A DNA stretch of 64,000 bases from Octopus vulgaris. Its lineage: Eukaryota. The notes beneath the pieces are model-generated. The model did not search any database and was not told the DNA's origin. It was given only the letters and a program-made list of their open reading frames with translations. The stretch is from positions 133,734,001 through 133,798,000 of the forward strand of contig OX597815.1 in assembly GCA_951406725.2 (NCBI GenBank). The letters are read 5' to 3'. Made by a program: the position numbers and the translations under genes. Positions within the stretch are counted from its first letter, which is position 1. Each line of letters opens with the position of its first letter. This document shows, piece after piece, positions 1 through 11,941 of this stretch.

Positions 1-61
1 AATACTTACTACACATCCAGTCCTGCGCCTGGCTACAAAACAAATGAAAAACGAAAAATAT

Positions 62-293
62 CTATTTCTTTACTACCCACAAGGAGCTAAACACAGAGAG
101 GACAAACAAGGACAGACAAACGGATTAAGTCGATTACATCGACCCCAGTGCGTAACTGGTACTTAATTTATCGACCCCGAAAGGATGAAAGGCGAAGTTG
201 ACCTCGGCGGAATTTGAACTCAGAACGTAAAGACAGACGAAATACCACTAAGCACTTCGCCCGGCGTGCTAACGTTTCTGCCAGCTCGCCGCC
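62..293 (-). mobile_element. tRNA-derived SINE family A, tail-B variant
   Basis: Minus strand reads GGCGGCGAGCTGGCAGAAACGTTAG (A-box-like) ... GAGTTCAAATTCC (B box) ... GTCGATGTAATCGACT ... TTGTGGGTAGTAAAGAAATAG; near-identical to copies at 11942, 32866 and 56644. Confidence 0.9.
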
Positions 294-544
294 TTACCGA
301 CAGCACCCGCACGATCAACTGTTATACCCCCATATTTTCTATCGACCAATTACACTTGTACAAGTGTGATTAACATATGAGTGGTGTAGGAGTGGCGTGA
401 GTTTTTGAGATCAACGACAAAAAAGGACGATAGCATGCGAAAAATTGAAAGTCTTGAAATTTTTTAACTTAACTGTCTCAAGTCACCCTATTTTCACGAT
501 ACTTCAGTGTCCCTTCGCGGACCTCCTAAAATCGCGCGGTCTCC

Positions 545-586
545 AGTTTGAGAACCACTGGTACTTTGTACAGTGGTTCTCAAACT
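545..586. repeat. Perfect 16-bp inverted repeat made of hAT-Charlie-like termini
   Basis: AGTTTGAGAACCACTG (545-560) / 10-nt spacer / CAGTGGTTCTCAAACT (571-586); same terminus as the MITEs at 36928 and 47379. Confidence 0.7.
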
Positions 587-1405
587 TTGTACCAGTGGTT
601 ACTGCACTATACTATTCCAAATCACGTGATCACGTGACCGACCAGACCATCAGACGTTGTTACACATCGCTGGTCACAATGCGTTCGCATTATTTTAGCC
701 TTCGAATGATGCCACCCCGCATGCTAAGCGAGCAGGCCAACTATTCCAAATACAGCCTTATAATATACTATTACTCCAAGCATTGGCACATTGTATTCTT
801 AAAGAGAGATTTTAGTCTTTTATCGGGGTGGTCAAAAGTCTCCCTTGGTTTATTATAGAATCTTGTATACCATTATATAATATATGTTGCGTGTTCACTC
901 GTGGAAATAATACAAGAAACGAACTCTAAAAATAACAGTGAGTTGTATTCCTCCGTTAAACAGTACAGTGTATCAAATAAAACATCACAAATTCTGTTGG
1001 TTGTATAGTTTATCTATCGTTTGGATAATTCAGCTCGGGTCGTCGTTGGTTACATGTGCTCCTCTATATTAATTTTGCTCAGGTGATTAACGGCATGAAA
1101 ATAACATGACTCGCCTTCATGAAAATCGCTCACCCCTCTGATCATAGATGATTTGTTATACCAATTTATAGAAAAAGGGTAGACTACAGAACACCTACAG
1201 ATTAGCTGTTTGTGAATATATTACGCGCACCGTGATTGGCTCCTTAATCCAAACCCTGCGCAATACTCAACCAATGTTCAAAACTCACATGACAGGTAAG
1301 ACGACCAATCATTACAGATTAACGCGCTAAGCCTCTACCAGTTTAATGTATTCAATGTACCATAATAGAAAATGATCTCGTTACAGTCTCACTAAAAGCA
1401 CACAG

Positions 1406-1409
<4 letters not shown>

Positions 1410-1455
<46 letters not shown>
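1410..1455. repeat. (TA)n microsatellite
   Basis: Direct reading. Confidence 0.95.
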
Positions 1456-1458
<3 letters not shown>

Positions 1459-1670
1459 CAATTACGATTCAGTTGAATTAGGTATTTAAATCGAAGCACT
1501 TTGTTAGGTCGTAATAACATGCACATCCAAACAATATTAAGTGAATATCAAACTCGGTGCAGAAGTGCCAACACTAACGAAATAGCATCAGAATCAATGC
1601 AAATATATTGGCTCTGTGGAGTTGTGACTATGTTTGATAGTCGAATTGTCCTTTATATTTGAAGTTCATG

Positions 1671-1760
1671 CAGTCATCTGACGAAAACGGTTCCTTTGCA
1701 ATGATGTAATGTTTTCATTAATCAATTAAAAGAATCTCTTGAAACGGCCGTAATGAATTG
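1671..1760 (+). ncRNA. Minimal type I hammerhead ribozyme motif (Penelope-like element remnant)
   Basis: TCAT-CTGACGA (core 1678-1684) ... GAAAC (1741-1745), palindromic stem III ACGGCCGT (1744-1751), GTA triplet (1750-1752), then ATGA pairing with TCAT; stem II is long and degenerate. Confidence 0.6.
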
Positions 1761-1782
1761 ACACCTGTACCTCAATGTTACT

Positions 1783-1995
1783 GAACCCGGAACCATGTGG
1801 TTGGTAAGCTAGCTACTTACTACACATTACGATGGACTTCTTTCAATTTCCGTCTACCAAATCCACTCACAAGGCTTTGATCGGCCTTAGGCTATAGTAG
1901 AAGACACTTATCCAAGGTGTCATGCAGTGAGACTGAACCCGAAACCATGTGTTTGGGAAGCAAGCTTCTTATTACACTAGAAGCTTCTTACCACA
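1783..1995 (-). mobile_element. CORE-like SINE family C, 5' fragments
   Basis: Reverse complement of the head and CORE-like segment seen at 33334 and 61478. Confidence 0.8.
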
Positions 1996-2004
1996 CAAAT
2001 TATA

Positions 2005-2182
2005 TTATACACTGCACTTCCTTATACCACTCCAGCCACTATACTATACCACCCCAAGCACTACCGTTATACTATATCGCTCTAAACACAACACTATGCG
2101 ACACTGTACCAAACACTGCATTATACTCCAAGCTATACCACTTCAAGTACTGCACTACATTACTCCAAACATTATATTACAT
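2005..2182. repeat. Degenerate ~5-bp tandem repeat (ACACT/ATACT-like)
   Basis: Recurring acact/atact/gcact/ccact units. Confidence 0.65.
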
Positions 2183-2299
2183 CAAAGTGAATGATAGGTA
2201 GGATTACCTTCCACACTTAAAGACGGCGATATAGTGCAGGTACTGGTAACCTGTGTGATGACCAAAACTGGTCGCCACCTTCCTTGAATATAACATACC

Positions 2300-2690
2300 T
2301 TTGATAACAATTACACGTTTATAAAGTGACTTCTCTGTGTGGTCCGCATGCCACACGTTATATCGCTGCTTGAAGTCATTCCCCTTTAAAATGGTCTTCA
2401 ATTTGGTCTTTGAATAGCTTCTTTTGGTCCACAGTAAAACTGGCCGAAGAGGATCCTACAATGGAAACGCGAGTCAGACATTTATACATTTGTCCGAGCA
2501 TCTTTGCTGATGTCTGTGTAGCGTGGATTTGATACTGTTGTTGGTTCGAGTGAATAATATGTATTCTAGCTGGTGTGTTACCTTACTTATGATTGCAGCT
2601 CTGCGGATGGACGATCATAAGTAGAGAATTTGGGTCTTATGCTAACCCACTGCATATTGGACGCAGATGTGCAGCTAATTATATCGACTG
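2300..2690 (-). pseudogene. RTE-clade LINE reverse transcriptase C-terminal remnant
   Basis: Frameshifted minus-strand translation gives MSDSRF..RILFGQF and KLFKDQ-LKTILK, resembling the RTE C-terminal RMxDxRxPKxILFGEL...KRFKDxLKxxLK region. Confidence 0.55.
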
Positions 2691-3552
2691 TGCCAAGCTC
2701 CCCCCCCCCAAAAAAAAACGATCCTATTAAAAGAATAACACAAAAGAGAAAGATCAATAACCAGCAGCCTCATTATTATATTTACTAATTATACAAAACT
2801 AATTTATCTAATGAGTCGAACGCTGCAATCGAATAAATTCGGTTTATTTAGTTCTGGTACTTTTACAGAGACGTCAGTGCAGAAGAATGAAAAGTGGAAT
2901 ATAGGTTGTTGTGGTTGCTTTACTTGAAATAATGAAGTACAAAGCGAAATAGAAACTAATTTATTTCTTTAACACTTATGATAAAACACTTTTGGTTCTC
3001 AAACACTTTTGGCCATCGACCTTTTCATAGAATCCTTTATATGGTATGGCGATGAAGTATTCTGGGATTCAAAAGAGGAATACATCGACACAAGTCACGT
3101 GAAAAACCTCAATAATATTAATAATAATGAAAAAAAACCCCTCCCATATATTAATATCGGTAACATTAAACACATTAAAATAAATTAGCATACCTTTTAA
3201 TTGAATTAATTGACTTGTGCATTAGCAAGAGCATTGATCTTTGATTAGAGATTAATGAGTTTTAATAATAAAGTCACCTACCTCTTCCAGGTTCAATCCG
3301 TTTTTCTTCGTTACAATTTCATTTGCTCGAACATTGTATGAACTTGAGTGTATAAATAAATATAATTCAACAACTGCACTAAGCTTGGAATATTTGGTAA
3401 CATTTTTTTATAATTAGGTAGTACTTTATTTTATCAAAAATAGTTCCTACAAAAGAAAGACAAAGAAAAGAAAAAAGGGAGAGAGAGAAACAAGAGAAGA
3501 AAGAGGAAGAAAAAACATCAATGCAGCGCCAAGTGCTCGCACACCACAAGGT

Positions 3553-3720
3553 TCAACGGAACCTTCTGAAGCAAGCCAGCACACTCGCAGCATTAACATA
3601 GACAATAACGATGCTAAGGCGTTGAAAAGCCAAGCGCCCTCACGGACATCACTTGACACTTTGGTGAGTCGAGCTGCCAACGATGACAAGAACTTCGCGG
3701 TTAGTGGACCAGTCCCCCCA
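3553..3720 (-). pseudogene. CRE-clade non-LTR retrotransposon 3' fragment (end of the restriction-like endonuclease region)
   Basis: GPLTAKFLSSLAARLTKVSSDVREGAWLF, then after a 1-nt frameshift QRLSIVIVYVNAASVLA, matching the CRE C-terminal GPxAxxFxxxLxxRL...GDxRExxxLxQRLSxAxQRGNAASV pattern. Confidence 0.7.
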
Positions 3721-3859
3721 AACTTAGACCATACAATTGGCATTTGATGGTCTTCAGATAATGATTTGTACAGGTACAGAGAGTACAACTTGGAGGTGAA
3801 CTGGCATCATCAGTGAGGTCGGGTGTTCCAATCGTTTGTGAGGTGGGATTATTTTTTTT

Positions 3860-4075
3860 ACTCCTTTTGAACAAAGATTTTGAACACACACACATCAATG
3901 ATTTCATCATGTAAATTAATCTCAATTATCGGTAGTTCTCTATTTTAAAATAAAAATGGTGCAACAAAGCAAATCCGGCATGAGCATTTCTCTGGATCGT
4001 CATAACGAACTTCAAAGTCTTCCCTTAAATTTTTCAATCTATAACTCCAGATCACGACAGCTTATCCTTTGAGTT
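3860..4075 (-). pseudogene. hAT-Charlie-type transposase remnant
   Basis: Minus-strand fragments LKNLREDFEVRYDD and LHDEIIDVCV...KSLFK resemble the region preceding the hAT dimerisation domain in SCAND3/ZBED-like transposases; heavily frameshifted. Confidence 0.5.
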
Positions 4076-4216
4076 GCCAAAAACTTTGGACCCCCCCCCC
4101 CCCACAAACCCTTCACTTCAAGTTCAATGTATATTCAAATAAGCCTCTATTGACTTGGAACTCTTATTAGGATCGGTCAGGCGCGAATAATTCATTAATA
4201 TTCTTTAATGTGCAAG

Positions 4217-4389
4217 GCGGCGTGATGGCAGAATCGTTAGCACACCGGGTAAAATACTTAGTGGCATTTCGTCCGTCTTTACGCTTTGAGTTCAAATTCC
4301 GCAGAGGTCGACTTTGCTTTCATACTTTCGGGACTGATAGAATAAGTATTCTATCATGTAATGTAATCGGTTTACCTCCAACTGAAACC
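4217..4389 (+). mobile_element. SINE family A, tail-A variant
   Basis: Family A head and body; direct repeat AATATTCTTTAA at ~4197-4208 and ~4390-4401. Confidence 0.85.
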
Positions 4390-4901
4390 AATATTCTTTA
4401 ACTTGCAGTCATTTCTGTACTATATTAAATTTTGAATATAGGTCTGACAAACAGGATAGCTGCTTGTCCAGTCCTTAAGAAGTTCGCTTCAAAACTACTA
4501 GATTCCGGTTTCGATCCCACACTGAGGCATCTCGGGAAAACGTCATTTTGTATAACCTCGTGTTGTCCCATAACTTGTGAGAAAAGCTGGGAAGACGCAA
4601 TTGTATAGAAACTCGCCGAGTGGATTGTACTTGTAATTTGAATGGTTGAGTCTTGTCACATAGATTCAGCTACTTAAACGCTAATTCAGGAACCCTTGAT
4701 TCAGTAGATACCGAACAACTGGAAATCCACCATCATCACAACTCTTCACAGTAAGAAAACAGACATGTCGGCATTGAATCTCATTTACAAGTCACACAAG
4801 TAATAAAACCTTTGCAAGCTATGACCTCTTTTCATCATTTTCACTTAACATTCCAAACAGTCGCAAATTGAGCGGATCTACTTTAATTTTACTAATTAAC
4901 C

Positions 4902-6190
4902 GGCTTTCTTATAGGATAGGGTGGGAAATTATCTCGTGAGAAAAAAAGAAAAAAAAACACCAACTAATTTCTTTAGATCCGCATGTTTTAAACATCGAAA
5001 ACTATAAATCTGCCCGAGAGAAAATGACCTCCAGTACATATCGGAAGAGACGGCACAGAAGCGACATGCTACGTTAATCTAATTTACAAATAAATTATTG
5101 TTTTTACATTAGTGACTATTAAGATTAATTATACGGAGTTAATATTTTCATAGACATGAGGGCGGCCGAGCTGGCAGAATCGTTAGCACGCCGAGCAAAA
5201 AATGCTTAGCGGTATTTCGTCTGTCTCTGAGTTCAAATTCTGCCAAGGTCGACTTTGCCTTTCATCCTTTCGGGGTCGATATAATCGACTTAATCCGTTT
5301 GTCTGTCCTTGTGTTTGTTCTCTCTATGTTTAGCCCCTTGTGGGTAGTAAAGAAATAGGTATTTCGTCTGCCGCTACGTTTTGAGTTCAAATTCTGCCAA
5401 GGTCGACTTTGCCTTTCATCCTTTCGGGGTCGATTAAATAAGTACCAGTTACGCACTGGGGTCGATATAATCGACTTAAACCGTTTGTCTGTCCTTGTTT
5501 GTCCTTTCTGGGTAGTAAAGAAATAGGTATTTCATCCGTCTTTACGTGTTGAGCTCAAATTTTGCCGAGGTCGACTCTGACTTTCATCCATTTCGACGTT
5601 TATAAAATAAGTACCAGGTGAACACTGAGGTCGTTGTAAACGACTAGTCCCCTCCCTAGAAATTACCGTTTTAGTGCCAAAATTTGAAACCAATATTTCA
5701 CAGCACACCTCAGAAATTTTGTAGACATTGGGGAATTGCACCACATGTGTGGTGTAAATAATACTTTATGAGCTAGAGATTACCAAGACAGAAAAGATCC
5801 CCAAGATTAATTAAATTGACTTATTTACCTTTTATAGTATATTTTATATTTAATTTTTAACTCCCCCACCAAAAAGTTTATTATTTCATTTTTTTTTATG
5901 ACGGGGATCCCCCATTTTCCATGATTATTTTTACTTTTGACTCTTTAATTTTTTTCAATTAATGTTTTAAACATCTGAGATTGTTTTTTTTTTTTAACTA
6001 TGTTTCGCATAAACCCGAAAAAAATTCGGAAAAAGGCAAAACTTGAAATTTGCAGAAAAGTAAAAGTTTCCCGCCGCCTTTTTTTTTTTAAACATATTCA
6101 TAATCTACGATGCTGAAAACATGCAGATCCTAAGAAATTACGGTTTTTTGGCGGCCTAGATAATTTCCGATTCTATTATATGAGAACGCC
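4902..6190. mobile_element. Non-autonomous DNA transposon with long imperfect TIRs (Merlin-like), hosting a SINE stack
   Basis: GGC...GCC termini; 4966-5010 is an inverted match to 6097-6140 and 4902-4936 to 6157-6190; 8-bp flanks AATTAACC (4894-4901) and AGTTAACC (6191-6198). Confidence 0.6.
5161..5695 (+). mobile_element. Stack of three family A SINE bodies (tail B, tail B, tail A) under one head
   Basis: Junctions TAAAGAAATAG|GTATTTCGTCTG at 5358/5359 and TAAAGAAATAG|GTATTTCATCCG at 5526/5527. Confidence 0.9.
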
Positions 6191-6537
6191 AGTTAACCTG
6201 ATACATATTTGTGAAGCTTCTAAGCAGGGTATGGAAGGAAAATCTTTTATCACGGCCAACTATCGCAGCTCACCGACAGTGAATCTTGCCTTCAGATATT
6301 TCTCTAAACTTTGAAAAAGTTATCTTACCTTTTTCATCATCATTTTTTAAAATATTTTAATCGGGAGGAAAGGGCAGTGTCCATGATCCTTCACAGGGCC
6401 TCCGAGATTGGTAGAAGCGAGAGGGGAAAGTATCCTCAAACAGGAAACCTGGCTCAAATGGACCCCACTAAAAGCATCAGGTGCCAGGTGGTGATGTTAA
6501 ACAGAGTGATGAGTTAAATCTACTATTTATGTAGGCT

Positions 6538-6925
6538 GTGGAGGCGCAATGGCCCAGTGGTTAGGGCAGCGGACTCGCGGTCATAGGATCACGGTTTCGA
6601 TTCCCAGACCGGGCGTTGTGAGTGTTTATTGAGCGAAAACACCTTAAGCTCTACGAGGCTCCGGCAGGGGATGGTGGTGATCTCTGCTGTACTCTTTCAC
6701 CACAACTTTCTCTCACTCTTACTTCCTGTTTCTGTTGTACCTGTATTTCAAAGGGCCGGCTTTGTCACTCTCTGTGTCACGCTGAATATCCCCGAGAACT
6801 ACGTTAAGGGTACACGTGTCTGTGGAGTGCTCAGCCACTTACACGTTAATTTCACGAGCAGGCTGTTCCGTTGATTCGGATCAACCGGAACCCTCGTCGT
6901 CGTAACCGACGGAGTGCTTCCATCC
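6538..6925 (+). mobile_element. Young tRNA-derived SINE (family D), full length
   Basis: A box TGGCCCAGTGG (~6550), B box GGTTTCGATTCCC (~6593), CpG-rich body, CCATCCA tail, perfect 13-bp TSD ATTTATGTAGGCT (6525-6537 / 6926-6938). Confidence 0.9.
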
Positions 6926-8469
6926 ATTTATGTAGGCTATAGCGGGATTTGAACTCAGAACTCAAAAGAGTCGGAACAAAATATACCGCCTAGGATTAGT
7001 ACAATTTGTTTTATCGAACCCAAAGGGATGAAAGGCAAAGTTGATCTAAACGGCATTTGAACTCAAGAATAACCATCAAAAAGCATTCTGTCCGTTCCTC
7101 TAACGAGTCGGCCAACTTGCCTCCATGATAGTTGGCAAGTAAAAGTTCGTTAGTAATGCTAATAGCTTGGAAATTTATCTGAATTGCTGAATATAACGAA
7201 TGGGTTAGAAAGAAACTTGCAACGTTGAAGCTCAGATACCAAAGTTTTGTCTACATCATCGGCCATTTGCATTTTAGAACAGTTTAAAGGTCTTTCTTTA
7301 TAATAATTTTAACCACTTCTTTAATTATTAGTATTATAATCTCACTAGTGGCATACGCCTAGCCTTTCTTTGTTATATTAAGGGTGATAAAAAGTGGTAT
7401 CTTAAATCAATTTATTAGCTCAACTGACTTTAAAATGTTTTTAAATTTAGACGATTACTAAGTTTTTCAATGCACTAAAAATATTTAAAAAATGAAAATT
7501 AAGGTTCTTATTTCGTTTATCGGAGTGGAACCTTTTGGTGATTTTTCGTTTTCAGGTTTCCTGGCATTATTAATGAAAGTACACAGGGATTGTATTAAAA
7601 CAAATCCAAAATCTGCAGTTCTTATTTTAAAATTTTGGTCAGTTTCCTCAATTAACTCACAGTTATCAACTCAGAGGCACCAGATAAGAGTGTTGAGATT
7701 TCACTGGTTACCACGAAACTTTTTGGCTTGAACAAGGCGACATAAAGTAGAAAATTACGCGGTTGGGACACTCAGCATCGTATTTTCACAACCTAAATTT
7801 TCGCTATGTATTTGCAAATTAAGCTAAAGCAAAGCCAAGCTATTGTAAAATCTTACAAAACAGCATCACTAGATTGTCCACCGAATTATTGAAAAAGAAA
7901 AAAAAAAAAAAAAGAGCGTGTAGCAAGTGAGAGAGGGCGCTTGTTTTTTGTTTGCTAACATATTTATTTCTACGTTAATGTAGACGTTCATGCAATATTT
8001 AAAAAAACAAAAAGGATTATCCAGGCGAGACAACGTATATGTCAAGTGCAGAAACTAATCGTTAGAAATTGAACACTCGGGCTAGTTTTTACACATTAAT
8101 ATATATTCTTGTTGCCGTGGAGTGTTTTCTTCAATCGTTCCAGGTTGCATATGTAGTTGCAAAAGCCGTCATATGTGGAGAGTGAACTACTACTACTACT
8201 CGTATTTGTAGTATTTTAACCCGAGTTCAGCACTGACAAAGTAGATATATGCTAACTTTCTTCTAGCAATGACCATGACCTGTCATAGTTTTTATAATGT
8301 GCCTACTTTACAAAATGTATTAGTTTGACGCTCAAGAGAAATGGAAGTTTTTAATGTTTCGAGCCTACGCTCCTCTAAAGAACGGAATGAGGAGAGAAAA
8401 CAGATGGAGAGAGGGGAAAAAAAATCGTTATCTGTGTTAACAGTTGCACATGTTGATCATGGTAAGCTC

Positions 8470-8650
8470 TGACTGAAAAGGACATATGATCAAAGGCGTT
8501 TTTTGTAACGAACATCCTCCATTTCTGCCGAACCTTGCATATTAAGACTATATTTTGTACTGCGTCCATTGCTTTTCAAGACGGTAGGGTGAAATTTGAG
8601 GGAGTATGGCAGCTACTTCTGGCAACCAGGTTGAGGCTCCCTCGTTGGTT
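8470..8650 (+). repeat. Old interspersed repeat family E (representative copy)
   Basis: Recurring consensus ...TATGATCAAAGGCATTCCAGC...AAGACGGTAGGG...GCTATTTCTAGCAGGTCG...GAGGCTCCCTCGTTGG; more than 15 diverged copies in the window. Confidence 0.7.
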
Positions 8651-9470
8651 TGCTTTACGCGGTAGTTTTTAATCTAGATGGTTGTCTTGAATTGACAAGG
8701 AGTACTTAGAGGTGGTAGGTGTTCAGCAGTTTCGTTATTTTGGGGTGCTCAGAAAAAGTTTCAGAGAAAGGATCACATTTTATTATGAACAATTAAATAA
8801 ATCAAAAAACATCTTAAATCACTTTTTAACTGATAGTAGATGACTTGTACACAGTTTATATATGATGGCATCACACATGTAGGAAAAAACCTTTTATTCT
8901 ATTTCTTAAGCAAAGACAATGTAACAAAAGATTTAAGTTAGATATTTATTGATAAATCGAAAAAGCCTTCTATGATATTTTTCTTGTGATTTTTTTTTCT
9001 GTAACTTTTTTTTCTTGGATTCGATTTTTCTTAGAAATAAAATGTTTTAAACTAGGCCTGGCCAACTCGAATTACATTACGTGTCACTTTAATCACAGGA
9101 AGTTTGAAGGACCTCTTGTATACTGACAGAATTGAAAGCATTTTGCTTTCTCATGCTATTATTACAATAATGAATGAATGATCGTTGATTCAACATGAAA
9201 TATTATCGTTGCAAAAAAGAGTAGTATCTTTCTGTTTTACTTTTCATTACACTCTTTAATATTTTATAAAAAATTTTAAAATGTTTGTTTAAATAAACCC
9301 ATTTCAAGAAAGTATCAAGCGGGCTGCAAGATAAAGTTAGCAGAAACATTCTAAAAGTCCTCGCCTACTTTTAGTAATTTTCACACAAATTCAATAGGAG
9401 GCTCTTGTCCATGCAAGTAGCAAAAGAAGTACGTGTCAGGTGGAATATGATAAGAAAATATGAGTAATAT

Positions 9471-9506
9471 CCCCTCTGTGTCGCCCCTAGTGGGTAATAA
9501 AGAAAG
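9471..9506 (+). mobile_element. 36-bp 5'-truncated tail-B / Tx1 3'-end insertion
   Basis: CCCCTCTGTGTCGCCCCTAGTGGGTAATAAAGAAAG flanked by the 18-bp direct repeat AGAAAATATGAGTAATAT (9453-9470 / 9507-9524). Confidence 0.8.
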
Positions 9507-10710
9507 AGAAAATATGAGTAATATTTTCTAATACTAGCTCATCAAGCGCAAAGTTAGTTGTCGGATCAAAATTTTTTTTTCTCTTGCATTTTTGCTTTTT
9601 CAAAACAGGAGGAAGAGATATTTGTGAAAGCCGTTTGGTGAAATGGATCTGTCGCGCTGGTTTGAAGGAACTCAATTAATTGGTAAGAGGTTTGGCTGCG
9701 TGCTGTCCCATAATAAAACCAAGTACGAACGTTGCTTAAATAACATCTTTACAGAAGTAAATCACATTATTACATAATCATATCGAGACTTGCCAGTAGT
9801 GCATTGTGGTGTGCATGGAGAAAATGTAGTTCATAATTACATTAATAACTGAAAAGATTAGCTTCGCGTGAGAGGCGAAAATAATACTCTGTCTATCATT
9901 GTTGAATATTCCTTTAACTTAGAGCTAAGCTACAACCAAGGAAACTTGCTTTTTTAAAAGGCTTGTTGACTGAGCACCCTAAGTGCGCCTCTGGCTTGCT
10001 TTTGACTAAGAATTGGCTGGCTATTTATTTGTGTGGCGAGAGGTGAGGATATAGCATTCATGGTACGTGATTTGGAGAAGTGCACCGAAGACGAAGTAAT
10101 TCTTTTAAACACAGGCTGAGTGGAGATCAAGGATCCCGTGTTCGTCTATATTCTCTGAAATCTTCTCTAATCTCTGCCGTGCGTGCTTCACGCATCGGGT
10201 CCTTTGCCATTTCTGGCAGTGCTTGCCCGCCTTGTTGCTTGGAACTACTGGAACATGATTGAACACTCCACAATATGGGGTGATATTTCTGCAAGTTGAT
10301 TGGTTAATATTCAGAGTACGGCGCTTAATCAAAGTGTAGTCTGACCCTAGTTGCTAAAGCTGTAAGGTTTCTATCCTAGGCTTCGCCACAGACCTTTAGC
10401 TTCAAACAGTTGAGGACTGCTGACTTAATGGCTAACGCGATCTGACAACGAATTAGAAAACTGGCGTAAAATTATACACAAATGTTTGAAGATAAAACAC
10501 ACCGTAGGATGAAAAGAAAATCTGCTGAGATGGAATTTGATCTCTGAATGCAAAAGAATATAACTAGATCCTGTATCTCCGTCTCCTTATTTCCTAGTAT
10601 TGCACTCAACGACATCTCTACGCGTTCGTTTGATCTGTTAGAAAAAGCGTCCATATTTCCCTCTAATAACACTTCACCATGTTAAAAGGTTATGATAGTC
10701 TTCATATAAA

Positions 10711-10905
10711 GTGGCGAGCAAGCAGAATCGTTAAGAACGCCGGGCGAAATGCTCAGCGGCATTTCGTCCATCTTTATGTTCAAATTCCGCCGAGGTCAAT
10801 TTTTCTTTTCATCCTTTCGGGGTCGATAAAATAAGTACCAGTTATTCACTGGAGGTCTTACCCCCTCCCGCAAAATTGCTGCCTTTGTACCAAAATTTTA
10901 AATCA
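10711..10905 (+). mobile_element. SINE family A, tail-A variant
   Basis: Head, body and CCCCTCCC...GTACCAAAATTT tail. Confidence 0.85.
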
Positions 10906-11941
10906 GTATAGTCTCCCTTTTGTGGAAATAAGATGGAATAGCCACGGTTAGCTTGATCAGAGACGATCTGGTACTAAACAATAAGAACAACAATTCCTAA
11001 TAACACATAATGATCTCTTTATTAATAGAGATTTCTTACATGAGCATTAGGCTACAAAACTGAGGGAAAGAGTTAAGTTAAATCGATTCCAATATATTAT
11101 CGATAAGGCTGTTGTTTAGCTACAGAGCATTCTTTGAATGAGAGGACTTATGATTCCACTTCGTTTATATTTAGGTTACATTATGCAATGTGTCTTCCTT
11201 TTTCTTCAGGGTAAATTTTGAGAGGGGTTTGGTTGCTAATTCTTGCAGGTCGAACGAAGTTTTCTTATTAGTTCGATAAATAATAGATTTCTAGCACGGG
11301 CTCAAGGCCATAAATTTTTTGGAGAGGGTACACGATTAACTCAATTACTGGTATTTGTTTTATCGAACATTTGAGGAATGAAAGGCAAAGTCAAGCCCAA
11401 GGGTATTAGAACTTATGATGTAAAAGAATGCAATTAATTACTGTAGAACATTTTCGCTCGTTCTTGATGTTACTCATTACCCTATTCCAAAAATATTTAT
11501 TGGTGTTCATTTTAACGACTCCAGACGGATGGAAGCAATATTTGACTCCATCGGGACGGAACACTGCAAAGAATTTAGTTCAATGTTTCATCATTATTGC
11601 AATTTCATATTCATGAAGGCGCAAAACCATGCCACAAATGTTGAAAGAGTGGGTTTGTTGTAGCTGATTTGATCGATCCCACTCTTAACCAGTACTTATT
11701 TCAGAAACCCCAGAAAGATGAGACAAACACGATTCCAGTGGGATTCGAACATGCAATGGAACGTAAAGAAATGTAACTAAATACCTGAAGTCAGTTTGTC
11801 AGCCGCGCGACTGATTCCGTTGTCTACCGAACTTCTTTGTTTAGAGTGATGTCTAACTTGGGTATAAGGCCACATTTTGTGAGAAAATACAGTCAATTAA
11901 ATCGAAGCCGGCATTTTATCAATATTATATCTTATCGACTA

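Noticed and set aside
445-858. 137-aa ORF
   Set aside because: Runs across hAT termini and repeat-like sequence; no domain recognised
6540-6612. tRNA gene
   Set aside because: The tRNA-like head continues into a SINE body flanked by a TSD; no clean cloverleaf or terminator
10050-10680. Possible exons or transposase remnant
   Set aside because: No recognisable motif or consistent splice frame; left unassigned
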